Shown here: piece by piece, positions 1 through 10,420 of the stretch
How the letters are laid out: each line of letters begins with the position of its first letter
How positions within the stretch are numbered: the first letter of the stretch is position 1
Assembly (NCBI GenBank): GCA_002346425.1
Contig: DDZS01000050.1
Location: 2,023-45,002 of the forward strand
DNA length: 42,980 nucleotides
Reading direction: 5' to 3'
DNA from: Alphaproteobacteria bacterium UBA3002
GTDB lineage: Bacteria; Pseudomonadota; Alphaproteobacteria; Rickettsiales; UBA3002
Program-made: the position numbers and the translations under genes
The notes under the pieces: model-generated
What the model was told of the DNA's origin: nothing
The model's input: the letters and a program-made list of their open reading frames with translations, nothing else
Database searches by the model: none

Positions 1-120
1 TGGGCTTATACTTTATACATCGCCCTTATCACAAGTGCCGGAGGGCACTGAACTGCCAGAAGGGCTACGCATTTTACAGCTCTAGAGCTGCATCAAAGAC
101 CAAAGTAATTAGCAAAATAA

Positions 121-148
121 TTATCCTATAATATATATTATGGAAAAT
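121..148. other. dif: Candidate dif site (XerC/XerD chromosome dimer resolution site)
   Basis: TTATCCTATAA-TATATA-TTATGGAAAAT has the 11-6-11 layout with the inner ATAA-N6-TTATG core of E. coli dif (GGTGCGCATAA TGTATA TTATGTTAAAT). It lies in an AT-rich intergenic gap, and the KOPS motifs seen in the window point toward it. Confidence 0.85.
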
Positions 149-168
149 AATAGTTAATGATATAGGGA

Positions 169-936
169 TTACTTTATTTCTAAAACCATACCATCATAGA
201 CAGGCTCTACACACTGCGGCGTCTCAGCCAGAAGTCGCGTATACTCTAAGTCATGATTCATATGCGTCAACCAAGCGCGCTCGGGCTGATAGCGCTGAAT
301 CCACTCTAAGGATAGCGCCACATGGGCATGCGCTGGCGCTGGCTCATAGCGTAAACAATCCACAAGCCAAAACCTCATCTTTTCAAGCGCATAGTGAGAG
401 TCATTCGGAAAGTTGTTCACATCCGTCGAATACACAAAATCGTTAATTCTAAGACCTGTAGAACGGGTTTTCCCATGCTGTTGTTCAAATGGTAAAAAAG
501 ATATGTCACCTATAGTAAACACCTCATGGTCCGTAATGACATGCGGCGTTAAAGCACCGCGATACCACGGCTTTTGCGGTGGCAAGAATAAGTAGTCAAA
601 CCGATGCTGCAGCGCTTGCATCGTCAGCGCATCGGCATAGATGGGAATAGCCCGGTCCCCATGATAATTGAAGGAACGTATTTCATCGACACCGTGACAG
701 TGATCCGCATGCGCATGGGTGATAATTAATGCGTCGATGGTTTTAAATTGCTCGCGTAACGCTTGCTGTCGCAAATCCGGCGATGCATCGACCAACACGC
801 GCGTGGTATCGCTTTCGATTAAAATGGAACTACGGGTTCGGCGATTCTTAGGATTTTCCGATGTACACACGCTACAGTCACAGCCGATTAAAGGCACGCC
901 GGCCGATGGCCCACACCCTAAAATCGTCACTTTCAT
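169..936 (-). CDS. MBL-fold metallo-hydrolase, PhnP-like phosphodiesterase family
   Basis: ILGCGPSAGVP..C.C.VC N-terminus and THAHADHCHG (HxHxDH) motif; usual position downstream of tatD with a 4-nt overlap. Confidence 0.9.
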   Translation of the reverse strand: MKVTILGCGPSAGVPLIGCDCSVCTSENPKNRRTRSSILIESDTTRVLVDASPDLRQQALREQFKTIDALIITHAHADHCHGVDEIRSFNYHGDRAIPIYADALTMQALQHRFDYLFLPPQKPWYRGALTPHVITDHEVFTIGDISFLPFEQQHGKTRSTGLRINDFVYSTDVNNFPNDSHYALEKMRFWLVDCLRYEPAPAHAHVALSLEWIQRYQPERAWLTHMNHDLEYTRLLAETPQCVEPVYDGMVLEIK

Positions 937-1709
937 GGGCGCTTAGCTTTCGTGAACAGGCGAAAGAAATTCTCTGTGGTGCCCTGTGCCGCCTCCTCTG
1001 CCCCAATGCCTTTGAGTTCAGCTAAGGCTTCCAAGGTATACCGCGTATAGCCAGGCTCGTTATCTTTGCCGCGAAACGGCATTGGCGCTAGATAGGGCGC
1101 ATCGGTTTCAACTAGCAGATGCTCTAAAGGCAATTCGGACACAACATCACGCAAAGCATCCGATTTTTTAAATGTTAGAATGCCGGAAAGCGAAATGCAA
1201 AAACCTATTTCTATTGACTTAACAGCAAGTTCTCTTCCAGTACTAAAGCAATGGATTAATCCTTTGAAGGGGGCTTCTTCATACATTTCATGCAAAATTG
1301 CTATAGTATCTTCATCCGCATCGCGGCTATGGACGATCAATGGTAAACCGGTTTTTTGGGCCGCCTGAATATGCGTACGGAAGCTGGCTTGCTGTAACGC
1401 GCGCGGGCTGTGCTCGTAAAAATAGTCTAGCCCACTCTCTCCAATACCGATGACTTTTGGATGCGCCGCCCACTCTACTAGCTCTTCTACCGTGATATCC
1501 GTATGATGTTCCGCTTCATGCGGATGAATGCCGATCGAACAATAGACGCTTTCATGCGCATCAGCAATCGCGGTCACTTCAGAGAAATCACTGCGCTTGC
1601 AACTGATTGTCTGACAGAGCATGACACCTTGCTCCGCTGCACGTGCTAGCACCGCATCAAGGTCGCTAAACTGCGGATAGTTTAAATGACAATGCGAATC
1701 TACGATCAT
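933..1709 (-). CDS. tatD: TatD-family Mg-dependent DNase (YcfH type)
   Basis: VDSHCHL, GIHPH, IGESGLDY, HSRDA, HCFS and ETDAPYLAP motifs. Confidence 0.93.
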   Translation of the reverse strand: MIVDSHCHLNYPQFSDLDAVLARAAEQGVMLCQTISCKRSDFSEVTAIADAHESVYCSIGIHPHEAEHHTDITVEELVEWAAHPKVIGIGESGLDYFYEHSPRALQQASFRTHIQAAQKTGLPLIVHSRDADEDTIAILHEMYEEAPFKGLIHCFSTGRELAVKSIEIGFCISLSGILTFKKSDALRDVVSELPLEHLLVETDAPYLAPMPFRGKDNEPGYTRYTLEALAELKGIGAEEAAQGTTENFFRLFTKAKRP

Positions 1710-3247
1710 GCCGCTTCATCCACGAATCGTGGAAAGACTGGTTCGGGCTTAGGCAACGTTGTCCCTGGTTTTAACGCATAAGCGGGAGCCAAATGTGCAA
1801 AACGACGCTCGTCTTTCGGCACCATGAGCTGGTCTAATAGTTTACATGAAGAATCTGGCATAAACGGTTGAAGCATAATTGTTATGCAACGAATAGCTTC
1901 CGCAAGATGATAGAGCGTCGCCTGCATCTGTTCCGGCGCTTCTTTCTTTTGTTTCCAAGGCGCTTCTCGGTCGATATATTCGTTAGCGAAGGAAGCCATT
2001 TTGATTAACTCTTCGAGCATTTTTGAAAACTCGCAGCGCTCCATCATGCCCATTACCGCTTGCGGTGTCTCGGGAAGTGTCACCTGCACCATTTCTAACA
2101 TGGCCTGATCTTGCGGGCGCGGCCCGGCTAGGCTCGGATCCGGGACTTTTCCATCGCAGTTTTTTGCGATCATCGATAGGGTGCGTTGCGCTAAATTGCC
2201 TATATTGTTGGCTAATTCACTATTGATACGGTCCTGCATGGCAGAACGTGAAAAATTACCGTCATTGCCAAACGGGACTTCACGCATCAGGAAATACCGG
2301 GTCTGGTCAAGCCCGTAACGCTCAATCAAATGCGCGGGTGCTACCACATTGCCCAGCGATTTCGACATTTTCTCCCCCTCAATGGTCCACCACCCGTGCG
2401 CAAAAATCCGTTGAGGCGGCTCCAGCCCCGCGCCCATCAGGAAAGCCGGCCAATAGACCGCGTGAAAGCGCAGGATATCCTTGCCTACCATATGAATATT
2501 AGCGGGCCAGAATTGCTGCATATTTGGGGTCTCTTCTGGATAGCCAAGGGCAGTCAGATAATTCGTCAACGCATCCAGCCAGACATACATGATATGCTTT
2601 TCATCGCCTGGAACCCTTACGCCCCATGAAAATGTAGTCCGCGAAATGGATAAATCTTTTAGGCCACCTTCGACAAAGCGCATCACTTCATTGCGACGCG
2701 AAAGCGGCAAAATGCATTCCGGATTATTTTCATAATATTCCAGCAACTTATCTTGAAAGGCTGAAAGACGAAAGAAATAGCTAGGCTCTTCAACCCATTC
2801 CACCTCGGCACCGGTGGGTGCGCGGCCATCCACCAGTTCGGATTCGGCATAGAACGCCTCATCGCGCACCGCATACCAGCCGCTATAACTATCGAGATAA
2901 ATATGCCCGTTGGCTTCCAATTTTTGCCAGATCGCTTGTGCTGCGGCGAGATGGGCGGGCTCTGTCGTGCGGATAAATCGGTCGGGGCACACATTCAACT
3001 GTTCGGTCATCAAACGGAAATGTTCCGACACTTCATCGGTAAAGGATTGGGGCGGCACACCATTTTTTTCTGCTGATTTTTCGACTTTTTGCCCATGCTC
3101 ATCGGTTCCGGTGCAAAAAAAGACTTCACGCCCAGCCAAACGCATAAACCGCGCTAATACATCGCAGGCGACCGAAGTGTAGGCATGCCCCAAATGCGGC
3201 TTATCATTCACGTAATAAATGGGAGTGGTAATATAAAATGGATTCAT
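1706..3247 (-). CDS. metG: Methionine--tRNA ligase (short form)
   Basis: YITTPIYYVN, HLGH (HIGH) and KMSKS motifs. Start moved to ATG 3247, which overlaps the holB stop (TAATG). Confidence 0.96.
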   Translation of the reverse strand: MNPFYITTPIYYVNDKPHLGHAYTSVACDVLARFMRLAGREVFFCTGTDEHGQKVEKSAEKNGVPPQSFTDEVSEHFRLMTEQLNVCPDRFIRTTEPAHLAAAQAIWQKLEANGHIYLDSYSGWYAVRDEAFYAESELVDGRAPTGAEVEWVEEPSYFFRLSAFQDKLLEYYENNPECILPLSRRNEVMRFVEGGLKDLSISRTTFSWGVRVPGDEKHIMYVWLDALTNYLTALGYPEETPNMQQFWPANIHMVGKDILRFHAVYWPAFLMGAGLEPPQRIFAHGWWTIEGEKMSKSLGNVVAPAHLIERYGLDQTRYFLMREVPFGNDGNFSRSAMQDRINSELANNIGNLAQRTLSMIAKNCDGKVPDPSLAGPRPQDQAMLEMVQVTLPETPQAVMGMMERCEFSKMLEELIKMASFANEYIDREAPWKQKKEAPEQMQATLYHLAEAIRCITIMLQPFMPDSSCKLLDQLMVPKDERRFAHLAPAYALKPGTTLPKPEPVFPRFVDEAA

Positions 3248-4260
3248 TACGCGCTCATGCTTTGCATGACCTGATGTATGGTTTGTTTTCGTTCCAGATG
3301 CAAGCCTTGCGCGGCAGAAATATAGCCGTCTGCCTGTGATAGCCGGTCCAACCATTGTGGCATGGAAGCCCGCGCATATAGCGGCGGAAATGCTGCATTT
3401 TCTGAATAAAAGAACGGTTCGCGCAACGCCCCTGCTCCATATTGCCCTAAACGACTCAACAAGAAATGCAGCAAATTCCGTAGCAATACGAGCTGCACTT
3501 CCGTATCACGTTTGACCAGCCAGTCATAAAAACTCGCACGTCCTTGTAGTGCATTTAATAACTGCGCATAGCCTTCGTCCGCCTGGTGATGCTCATAATA
3601 GCTCGCCTTACCGGGGGACCCTTCACTTAGCAGATAAAAAAACTCCAACCGCTCCGGGGTCATATCTTCTGCCATCTGCGCCAATACCTTGTTAAAGTCC
3701 TCTCGATTCAATGGTTGGAAACGCAAAAGCTGCGTCCGCGAACGAATTGTCGGCAATACGGCGGAAGGTGACGTGGTAATTAATAGAAACAAGGCTTGCG
3801 AAGGCGGTTCTTCAATGGCTTTAAGCAGCGCATTGGCGGCTTGGGGGTTCAACACCTCCATGCCATCGACAATCACGATACGGTGCGAGGTGGTGGCAGA
3901 CGTATGGTGTAAAAAATGCGTAATCTTGCGGATAGCATCGACTTTAGTCACCGGCGTTTTGCTTTGGCCGGATAATTCGGGCTCTATCACCAATAAATCA
4001 CCGTGGCTACCTTGCGCCACTTGCTGAAAAACGGGATGCGTTGCGTCAATATGAAGATCATCCGGGCCAAACATACCGCCGCCCGCACCGCCACTTAAGA
4101 TAAACCGCGCCAACCGATAGGCAAAAGTCGCTTTCCCTACCCCAGATAATCCGGCTAACAGCAATGTTTGCGGCAATCGATCCTGTTGCCACTGGTTCAA
4201 GCAAAATTGTTCCAATTTACGGTGGCCAACTAGCGATTCATTTAATTTATTATCAGTCAT
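3247..4260 (-). CDS. holB: DNA polymerase III subunit delta'
   Basis: GLSGVGKATFA, AANALLKAIEEP and LPTIRSR motifs; tmk-holB-metG order. Confidence 0.9.
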   Translation of the reverse strand: MTDNKLNESLVGHRKLEQFCLNQWQQDRLPQTLLLAGLSGVGKATFAYRLARFILSGGAGGGMFGPDDLHIDATHPVFQQVAQGSHGDLLVIEPELSGQSKTPVTKVDAIRKITHFLHHTSATTSHRIVIVDGMEVLNPQAANALLKAIEEPPSQALFLLITTSPSAVLPTIRSRTQLLRFQPLNREDFNKVLAQMAEDMTPERLEFFYLLSEGSPGKASYYEHHQADEGYAQLLNALQGRASFYDWLVKRDTEVQLVLLRNLLHFLLSRLGQYGAGALREPFFYSENAAFPPLYARASMPQWLDRLSQADGYISAAQGLHLERKQTIHQVMQSMSA

Positions 4261-4890
4261 TTATAATGATAAATTAAAGTTTAAATTTAAATAATCGGAT
4301 ATTTCTTGCTCTAGCTTTGCAGCCTCTTGTGTCGCGTCTAAGCTTACAAAACGATTGCAATATGAAGCAAGCGCTTTAAATCCCTCCCTTACGGCTGAGT
4401 GAAACGTCAAATCCATAGATTCAAATCGGGTTTCAGCCTGCCCATGGCGTGATTGCGTGCGTTTCAGCCCATTTTCCGGGTCAATGTCGAGATAAAACGT
4501 CACATCCGGCATTAAATTCCCGAAAAGCAGCGCGTGCAGCTGTTCAATCCATGCTTTTCCGAGTTTTTTGCTCATGCCTTGATACACTAGTGTCGAATCC
4601 AACCAACGGTCGCATAGCACCCATTGGCCCGCTTCCAGAGCCGGTGCGATGACTTTTTCTACATGATCGAATCGCGCCGCCATTAATAACAGTGTTTCGG
4701 TTGCCGCCGACCAGCGCGTTGCATCGCCTGTAACAATCAACTCACGGATTGCCTCGGCTCCTGCCGTGCCTCCAGGTTCACGGGTCCGAACACAGGGAAT
4801 GTGTGCCGCGCGGAAGCGGGCTTCCAGCAGGTCCAGTTGGGTGGTTTTCCCGGCGCCTTCACCGCCTTCAAAGCTGATAAAGCCGCCCAT
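4261..4890 (-). CDS. tmk: Thymidylate kinase
   Basis: FISFEGGEGAGKTTQ P-loop, TREPGG and CDRWLDSTLVYQG motifs. Confidence 0.96.
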   Translation of the reverse strand: MGGFISFEGGEGAGKTTQLDLLEARFRAAHIPCVRTREPGGTAGAEAIRELIVTGDATRWSAATETLLLMAARFDHVEKVIAPALEAGQWVLCDRWLDSTLVYQGMSKKLGKAWIEQLHALLFGNLMPDVTFYLDIDPENGLKRTQSRHGQAETRFESMDLTFHSAVREGFKALASYCNRFVSLDATQEAAKLEQEISDYLNLNFNLSL

Positions 4891-6002
4891 TAGGAGGCGG
4901 AGAGGCTTTGTAGGTTAAGCCGCAGACGTTTAAAGAATCCGGCACGTTCCACCGATTGTAGTGCTGTTACTGGGGCTTGTTTGACTGACTTTCCATCAAA
5001 TAATATCTGGAGTGTGCCAATCTCCTGCCCGGCTTCTATGGGTGCTTGTAACGGAGTCTTCGCCTCCAAGCGCATGCTGACCCGTGAGCTATCGACGGGC
5101 AGAGATATGTTTAGCGGCTCTACTAACCCGACCGATACAGCATCTTCACTGCCATACCAGACCGGCAGTTCTGCTACGTCTTTTTTCTCGGCGAATAATT
5201 GCGTCGGCTTATATTGTGTAAACCCTTTAAGCAGCACCACGCGGCCCATTTGCGCGCGTGTTTTTTGGCTATCCATCCCATTCAACACTGCAATTAGTCT
5301 GCGATCATTCTGCTTGGCCGACAAGGTAATACCATAGCCCGCGTCTTCGGTATGACCGGTTTTCAGGCCATCCACCCCCATATCGCCGCTCAGCAAGGGG
5401 TTGCGATTTGGCTGCGTAATGCCGCTCCAGGTATATTCACGTTCGGCAAAATAATGATAATATTCAGGAAAATCGCGAATGAGCGCCTCGGCTAATACCG
5501 AAAGATCATGCGGACTCATCACATGTTCCGGGTCAGGCCATCCGGTAGAATTCTTAAAATGACTTTCTGTTAGCCCGAGTTCTTTGGCTTTTTTATTCAT
5601 CAATTCGGCAAATGCTTCTTCACTGCCTGCCAACGCTTCCGCAACCACGATACAGGCATCATTGCCAGATTGCACCGCGATTCCTTGGATAAGCGCTTCA
5701 ACGGGTACCAACGTATTGACCCGTACGAACATTTTAGAGCCGCCTTTGCGCCAGGCTTCCGGACTGACCGTAAATTCGCTCTCCATGGAAATTTCGCCGG
5801 ATTTAATGCGATCAAACAGCAAATACAGCGTCATCAGTTTCGTCATCGACGCTGGGTACATCGGCGCGTTCGCTTCTTGAGACTCAAGCACCGTTTGCGT
5901 TGTCATATCGTATAAGTAAAGCTGCGGCACCACTGCATCCTGCGCCTGTACTGGCAGCGCCATCAAGGCAAAAAACCCCAAACTAACGAACGATTTGCGC
6001 AT
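4890..6002 (-). CDS. dacA: D-alanyl-D-alanine carboxypeptidase (PBP5/6 family)
   Basis: SMTK (SxxK), SGN (SxN) and KTG motifs plus a signal peptide. Start set at ATG 6002, which follows a GGAG. Confidence 0.92.
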   Translation of the reverse strand: MRKSFVSLGFFALMALPVQAQDAVVPQLYLYDMTTQTVLESQEANAPMYPASMTKLMTLYLLFDRIKSGEISMESEFTVSPEAWRKGGSKMFVRVNTLVPVEALIQGIAVQSGNDACIVVAEALAGSEEAFAELMNKKAKELGLTESHFKNSTGWPDPEHVMSPHDLSVLAEALIRDFPEYYHYFAEREYTWSGITQPNRNPLLSGDMGVDGLKTGHTEDAGYGITLSAKQNDRRLIAVLNGMDSQKTRAQMGRVVLLKGFTQYKPTQLFAEKKDVAELPVWYGSEDAVSVGLVEPLNISLPVDSSRVSMRLEAKTPLQAPIEAGQEIGTLQILFDGKSVKQAPVTALQSVERAGFFKRLRLNLQSLSAS

Positions 6003-7038
6003 CACTGACTCCATATTCATGTAATTGACCTTTGATTTCTTCTGCGATTCCTTTGTTTAATAGCGGCCCGATGCGCACCCGCCAAATGCTACCATCGGTA
6101 ATCGGGATATCTACCAGTTCCGTTGCACCAAGACCGGATAGGCGATCGGCGAACATCACCGCATTTTCCTTTTTGGAAAAAGCGCCCGCTTGTACGAAAT
6201 AGCGGTCTTTATTGGTGGGTCCCGTTTGTATTTCCCCAGAGAGAGAAGGAATTGCTTCCGGTTTAGCTGACGCAATTGGGGTGACCAGTGACACTGGCTG
6301 AACTGGCGCTTTCTTTTCTAACACCGCAAAAGGATCCGTATCATACGAAGGGGCCTGAGCAATCTCTGCTTCCGATTTTGTGGCGAAAGGCAAAGCCTCT
6401 AACTCAGAGACACCGATAGAATCGGGAATGCTCGGCAATGGCGCCGGGTCCAGCGTGGCGATCTCCGGCTCCGCTTGCGCGGGCTGAATAATTGGAGGCT
6501 GCGGTCGCGCATCGGCCATTTGCCATTCATCAGGTTTTTCCAACCCTAGCCTGGCGATATACTCTTCCGTTTCGTCCTTTAAATACTGCACGCGCACCTC
6601 TGCCACGCCCAGTTTATCAACGCCTAGCGCCTCGGCCGCTGCACGCGACAAGTCAATTATGCGTCCATGCGCAAAAGGCCCGCGATCATTGACGCGCACC
6701 ACAATCGACTGATCATTATCCGTCCGCGTCACGCGTACCATTGACGGCATCGGCAAGGTTTTATGCGCGGCTGTCATCGCCCATTGATTATATTCTTCAC
6801 CATTGGCCGTACTTTTACCGTGAAAATTGGGGCCATACCACGAGGCTTCGCCGACCTCATCATATTCCGGCTCATATTCCGGGTAATAACTGTCTCCGTT
6901 AATTTGATACGGGCGACCAATCTTAATGGTTGGATGAATGGGCTTCCCTTTGATGAACCCAGGCGCATCCGCCGGCACCCGATCGCTCGACGAACAGGCG
7001 GCAATAAATAGGAGCGGCACTAACCTAGCGTAGCGCAT
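5983..7038 (-). CDS. rlpA: Septal ring lytic transglycosylase RlpA (lipoprotein with DPBB and SPOR domains)
   Basis: Lipobox IAAC, GEASWYG, TAAHKTLP and RVNDRGPF motifs; C-terminal SPOR domain starting YFVQAGAF. Confidence 0.93.
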   Translation of the reverse strand: MRYARLVPLLFIAACSSSDRVPADAPGFIKGKPIHPTIKIGRPYQINGDSYYPEYEPEYDEVGEASWYGPNFHGKSTANGEEYNQWAMTAAHKTLPMPSMVRVTRTDNDQSIVVRVNDRGPFAHGRIIDLSRAAAEALGVDKLGVAEVRVQYLKDETEEYIARLGLEKPDEWQMADARPQPPIIQPAQAEPEIATLDPAPLPSIPDSIGVSELEALPFATKSEAEIAQAPSYDTDPFAVLEKKAPVQPVSLVTPIASAKPEAIPSLSGEIQTGPTNKDRYFVQAGAFSKKENAVMFADRLSGLGATELVDIPITDGSIWRVRIGPLLNKGIAEEIKGQLHEYGVSDAQIVR

Positions 7039-7984
7039 CCGACAGGGTTCCTACTGCGGTGGCGAAATAGCGAGAGCGATTCCATTTTAACAACACATCA
7101 TAGTTGCGATAGATGATATATGCTTGTTCATGCGGCTTCCCGGGCAATGTCAGCGCCGCTTCTAAGCTACGATTTGGCAAGGCGCTTCCGTCTGCCTTAC
7201 GCACGCCAAGCCGTTGCCATTCGGCTAACGAGAGATAGGTTTTGCCATCGGTGAGTTTTGGGTCAAAATTCCGTGGCAACTGCACCGCGCGTCCCCAGGT
7301 CAGTTCATCGCTCCATCCGGATTGCTTCAGATAATTGGCGATCGACGCGAACACATCCGGCAGCTCGCCCCAAATGTTTTTGCGGCCATTGCGGTTATAA
7401 TCGACGGCAAAATTCAAAAAGCTCGAAGGCATAAACTGGCACTGCCCCATGGCGCCTGCCCAGGAACCATCCATCGCCGCGGCTGTAATATGGCCTTGCT
7501 GCACAATCCGAAGCGCATTGAGTAATTCTTCGGTAAAGAAATCGCGGCGACGGCCTTCCCATGCCAGTGTCGCCAGCGAGTTGATAACGGACATATTGCC
7601 CGTATAGCCGCCGTAATTGGTCTCAATGCCCCAAAGCGCCACAATAAACCGGGGCTGCACCCCATAGGCACTACCAATTTCATTGAGCAAAGGACGATAG
7701 GTTGCCATCATTTCCCGGCCTTTACGGATGCGATTGGCATTCACCACATCGCCAAGATATTGCGTAAACGTCTTGGTAGATTCTGGCTGCTTCTGATCCA
7801 GCGCGATCACTTGTTCATCCGGAGTAAGGCCATTCAGGCTTTCCGCCACTATTTGAGGGCTGATTCCTTGAGTAATCGCATGTTGTTTAAATTGCTCTAG
7901 CCATTGAGGAAATGGCTCTAACGCTGTGGCGCTGGTCGACTGAAGCCCAATGAATAAACAAAAAACAGGAAGAAATTTTTTCAT
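7025..7984 (-). CDS. mltB: Lytic murein transglycosylase, MltB (SLT_2) family
   Basis: ALWGIETNYG, GSWAGAMGQCQFMPSSF and WNRSRYFA motifs; signal peptide. Confidence 0.92.
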   Translation of the reverse strand: MKKFLPVFCLFIGLQSTSATALEPFPQWLEQFKQHAITQGISPQIVAESLNGLTPDEQVIALDQKQPESTKTFTQYLGDVVNANRIRKGREMMATYRPLLNEIGSAYGVQPRFIVALWGIETNYGGYTGNMSVINSLATLAWEGRRRDFFTEELLNALRIVQQGHITAAAMDGSWAGAMGQCQFMPSSFLNFAVDYNRNGRKNIWGELPDVFASIANYLKQSGWSDELTWGRAVQLPRNFDPKLTDGKTYLSLAEWQRLGVRKADGSALPNRSLEAALTLPGKPHEQAYIIYRNYDVLLKWNRSRYFATAVGTLSDALR

Positions 7985-8070
7985 GGATGTAGCATGCAGA
8001 TGCGTTTCTCAATAGCAAGCCGGAACACACGCTTGTTTACAAGCAAATGCCCTGCTCTATCATACCTCGT

Positions 8071-9204
8071 ATGACACAGACCATCTTGGGCGATGACGCG
8101 CTTCCGCAATGCATCGACTTTCTGCTAAACAGATATGCGAGCGATACGCTCTATGTGTTGTCGGACCACCACTGCTGGCAGGCGCTGCCACAAGCTAGCC
8201 GAGCGGCATTGCAGATGTTCCATCTCAATATATTACCGGAAAGCCCAAAAGCCGAAATGGCCTTAGCGCAGCGGCTAAGCATCGAGGCATTGCATCATCA
8301 CGGCATTGTCTCCATTGGCAGCGGTACATTAACCGATCTTGCTAAATATATAAGCTATCACAATAAAATACCGCATATTGCCGTAGGAACGGCTGCCTCG
8401 ATGAACGGCTATGTATCCGCTAATGCCTCCCTTCTCGAAGCAGGGCATAAGCAATCCTTTGCCGTAAAAGCACCTGATTTTCTTTTTTTAGACATTCAAC
8501 TACTTACCGCGGCCCACTCTCGCCTTACATGCGCTGGGGTTGGGGATACATTGTGCCGCTCAACCATACTGGCAGACCATGCCTTGGCCACGTTATGTCA
8601 TGCACCACCTTTTGACCTTCATCTTCTACAAAAAGTCGAGTATGAAGAAGCTGCCTTAAGTAACAGAGACACAATCAATATTAAGGCGCTAGCAAATGCA
8701 TTACTCGCTTCTGGCAATGCCATGAAGGAAGCGAAATCGAGTGCGCCCGCTAGTCAGTCTGAACATATGCTCGTGCATGCGTGCGAATTGCTTTATCCCG
8801 AAGCGTGCGCGCCTTATTATCATGGAGAGCTGGTCGCTGTAGCCACCGTGATCTGCGCAGAATTACAGGATCAACTTTGGCACAAGAGCACCCTTCAATT
8901 ACGGCCGCTGCTATCTTATGCAGAAGCATCTTCTGTGTTGGGCGAAACACTGACCCAATCGCTCTATCCGTCCTATGTTCATAAATATCAGCTGCTGGCC
9001 GAACGCTTACCGAGTCTACAGTGGAAAGCGCAACGCCCGACATTCCCCAATCGGTTAAACGCCAGCCAGCTAGTTACTAAATTACAGGAATGTGGGTGCC
9101 CTGCTTCACCTAATGAGATCGGACTGACTGAAGCGCAGATTAAAGCAGCTTCTGCCATCGCTCGGGTGACCCGCGATCGGATAACTATATTGGATTTTTG
9201 CTAG
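8071..9204 (+). CDS. sn-glycerol-1-phosphate dehydrogenase-like enzyme (AraM/EgsA family, DHQS/Fe-ADH fold)
   Basis: [30 protein letters not shown] and HGELV motifs. Start set at ATG 8071 from the promoter spacing. Confidence 0.8.
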   Translation: MTQTILGDDALPQCIDFLLNRYASDTLYVLSDHHCWQALPQASRAALQMFHLNILPESPKAEMALAQRLSIEALHHHGIVSIGSGTLTDLAKYISYHNKIPHIAVGTAASMNGYVSANASLLEAGHKQSFAVKAPDFLFLDIQLLTAAHSRLTCAGVGDTLCRSTILADHALATLCHAPPFDLHLLQKVEYEEAALSNRDTINIKALANALLASGNAMKEAKSSAPASQSEHMLVHACELLYPEACAPYYHGELVAVATVICAELQDQLWHKSTLQLRPLLSYAEASSVLGETLTQSLYPSYVHKYQLLAERLPSLQWKAQRPTFPNRLNASQLVTKLQECGCPASPNEIGLTEAQIKAASAIARVTRDRITILDFC

Positions 9205-9659
9205 CCACGACCACGATACGGTGGCACGCCCATCTCCGGCACCCAGACATAACTTGGTTTTTCACCGGTTTGATAAAAAATATCGATGGGAATACCGCCG
9301 CGCGGATACCAAAAACCGCCAATACGTAGCCATAATGGCGAAATCACCTCGGCAATATCTTTGGCGATCTGAATCGTGCAATCCTCATGGAATGCCCCGT
9401 GATTGCGATAACTATGCAGGTATAATTTCAGCGACTTGCTTTCAACGATCGACAAGCGCGGAATATAATCGATCACCAAATGCGCGAAGTCCGGCTGCCC
9501 GGTTTTCGGGCAAATAGAGGTAAACTCCGGACAGGTAAAGCGGATGTGGTAATCTACGCTGGAATGCGGATTATCGACTTTCTCGAGTATCGAAACCGAC
9601 GGTTCATTTGGCAAAGCGCTTTGCGCGCCAAGTTGATGTAATTGATCGATATCGCTCAT
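9201..9659 (-). CDS. queF: preQ0 reductase (single T-fold QueF)
   Basis: [25 protein letters not shown] and PRGG motifs; ATGA overlap with queC. Confidence 0.95.
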   Translation of the reverse strand: MSDIDQLHQLGAQSALPNEPSVSILEKVDNPHSSVDYHIRFTCPEFTSICPKTGQPDFAHLVIDYIPRLSIVESKSLKLYLHSYRNHGAFHEDCTIQIAKDIAEVISPLWLRIGGFWYPRGGIPIDIFYQTGEKPSYVWVPEMGVPPYRGRG

Positions 9660-10348
9660 GCGGCTTTCTCCTGATATAGCGTTGGGTCGGTAATAGTTGC
9701 ACGGGCAAAGCCGTTGCGCCGTAAAGTGCAGGCATCGCAGCGCCCACATGCCGCGCCTGATTCATTGGGATCATAACAGCTGACGGTCAGGCTATAATCG
9801 ACACCCAGAGCGCTTCCGCGTTGAATGATCTCAGCTTTGCTTAAGGCAATTAACGGCGTATGGATGGTTAATGGATGACCATCGATAGCATAGGCCGTGG
9901 CTAGACGCGCCATAGATTGATAGGCAGCAATATAATCGGGTCGGCAATCTGGATAGCCGCTGTAATCCACCGCGTTGACCCCGCAAAAGATATCAGAACA
10001 CTCGAGGACTTCGGCATAAGCCAATGCATATGAAAGAAAAATGGTATTTCTGGCTGGCACGTAAGTGACCGGTATTGTCGTCATCTCCGCTTCCTGGCGA
10101 TCCTTTGGTACCGCGATATCTGCGGTCAGGGCAGAATGGCCAAATAATCGCAAGTCTAATTCTGCGATACGATGTTCCCTAAACTGCATCGCTTCAGCAA
10201 TGCGTTTAGCGGCCTGCAATTCTACTGCGTGGCGTTGGCCATAAGAAAAGCTTAAGCCATAGAGTTCATACCCAGACTCTTGTGCCATCGCCGCTACGGT
10301 AGCGGAATCCAGTCCGCCGGAAAGTAAAATTACTGCTTTTTTCTGCAT
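9656..10348 (-). CDS. queC: 7-cyano-7-deazaguanine synthase
   Basis: [23 protein letters not shown] and SCY..CGRCDAC motifs. Start set at MQKKAV. Confidence 0.96.
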   Translation of the reverse strand: MQKKAVILLSGGLDSATVAAMAQESGYELYGLSFSYGQRHAVELQAAKRIAEAMQFREHRIAELDLRLFGHSALTADIAVPKDRQEAEMTTIPVTYVPARNTIFLSYALAYAEVLECSDIFCGVNAVDYSGYPDCRPDYIAAYQSMARLATAYAIDGHPLTIHTPLIALSKAEIIQRGSALGVDYSLTVSCYDPNESGAACGRCDACTLRRNGFARATITDPTLYQEKAA

Positions 10349-10420
10349 AACGCTCACAAAGCACATGGCGCATGCAATCGCAAGCCTTCTCAGTTTGAAA
10401 TTTGCTGCTATACTAGGGGC

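Noticed and set aside
1-120. Hairpin GTGCC-GGAG-GGCAC and the 14-bp palindrome CAGCTCTAGAGCTG (77-90) as a riboswitch or ncRNA
   Set aside because: No riboswitch consensus recognised. Plus-strand frames are open from the edge to stops at 51 and 85, so this may be the 3' end of a gene; it cannot be resolved at the window edge.
933-10348. TatD plus QueC as a QatABCD or Dpd-type defence system
   Set aside because: The genes are 8 kb apart, and each is canonical and in its housekeeping context (metG-tatD, queC-queF). No ATPase or dpd genes are present.
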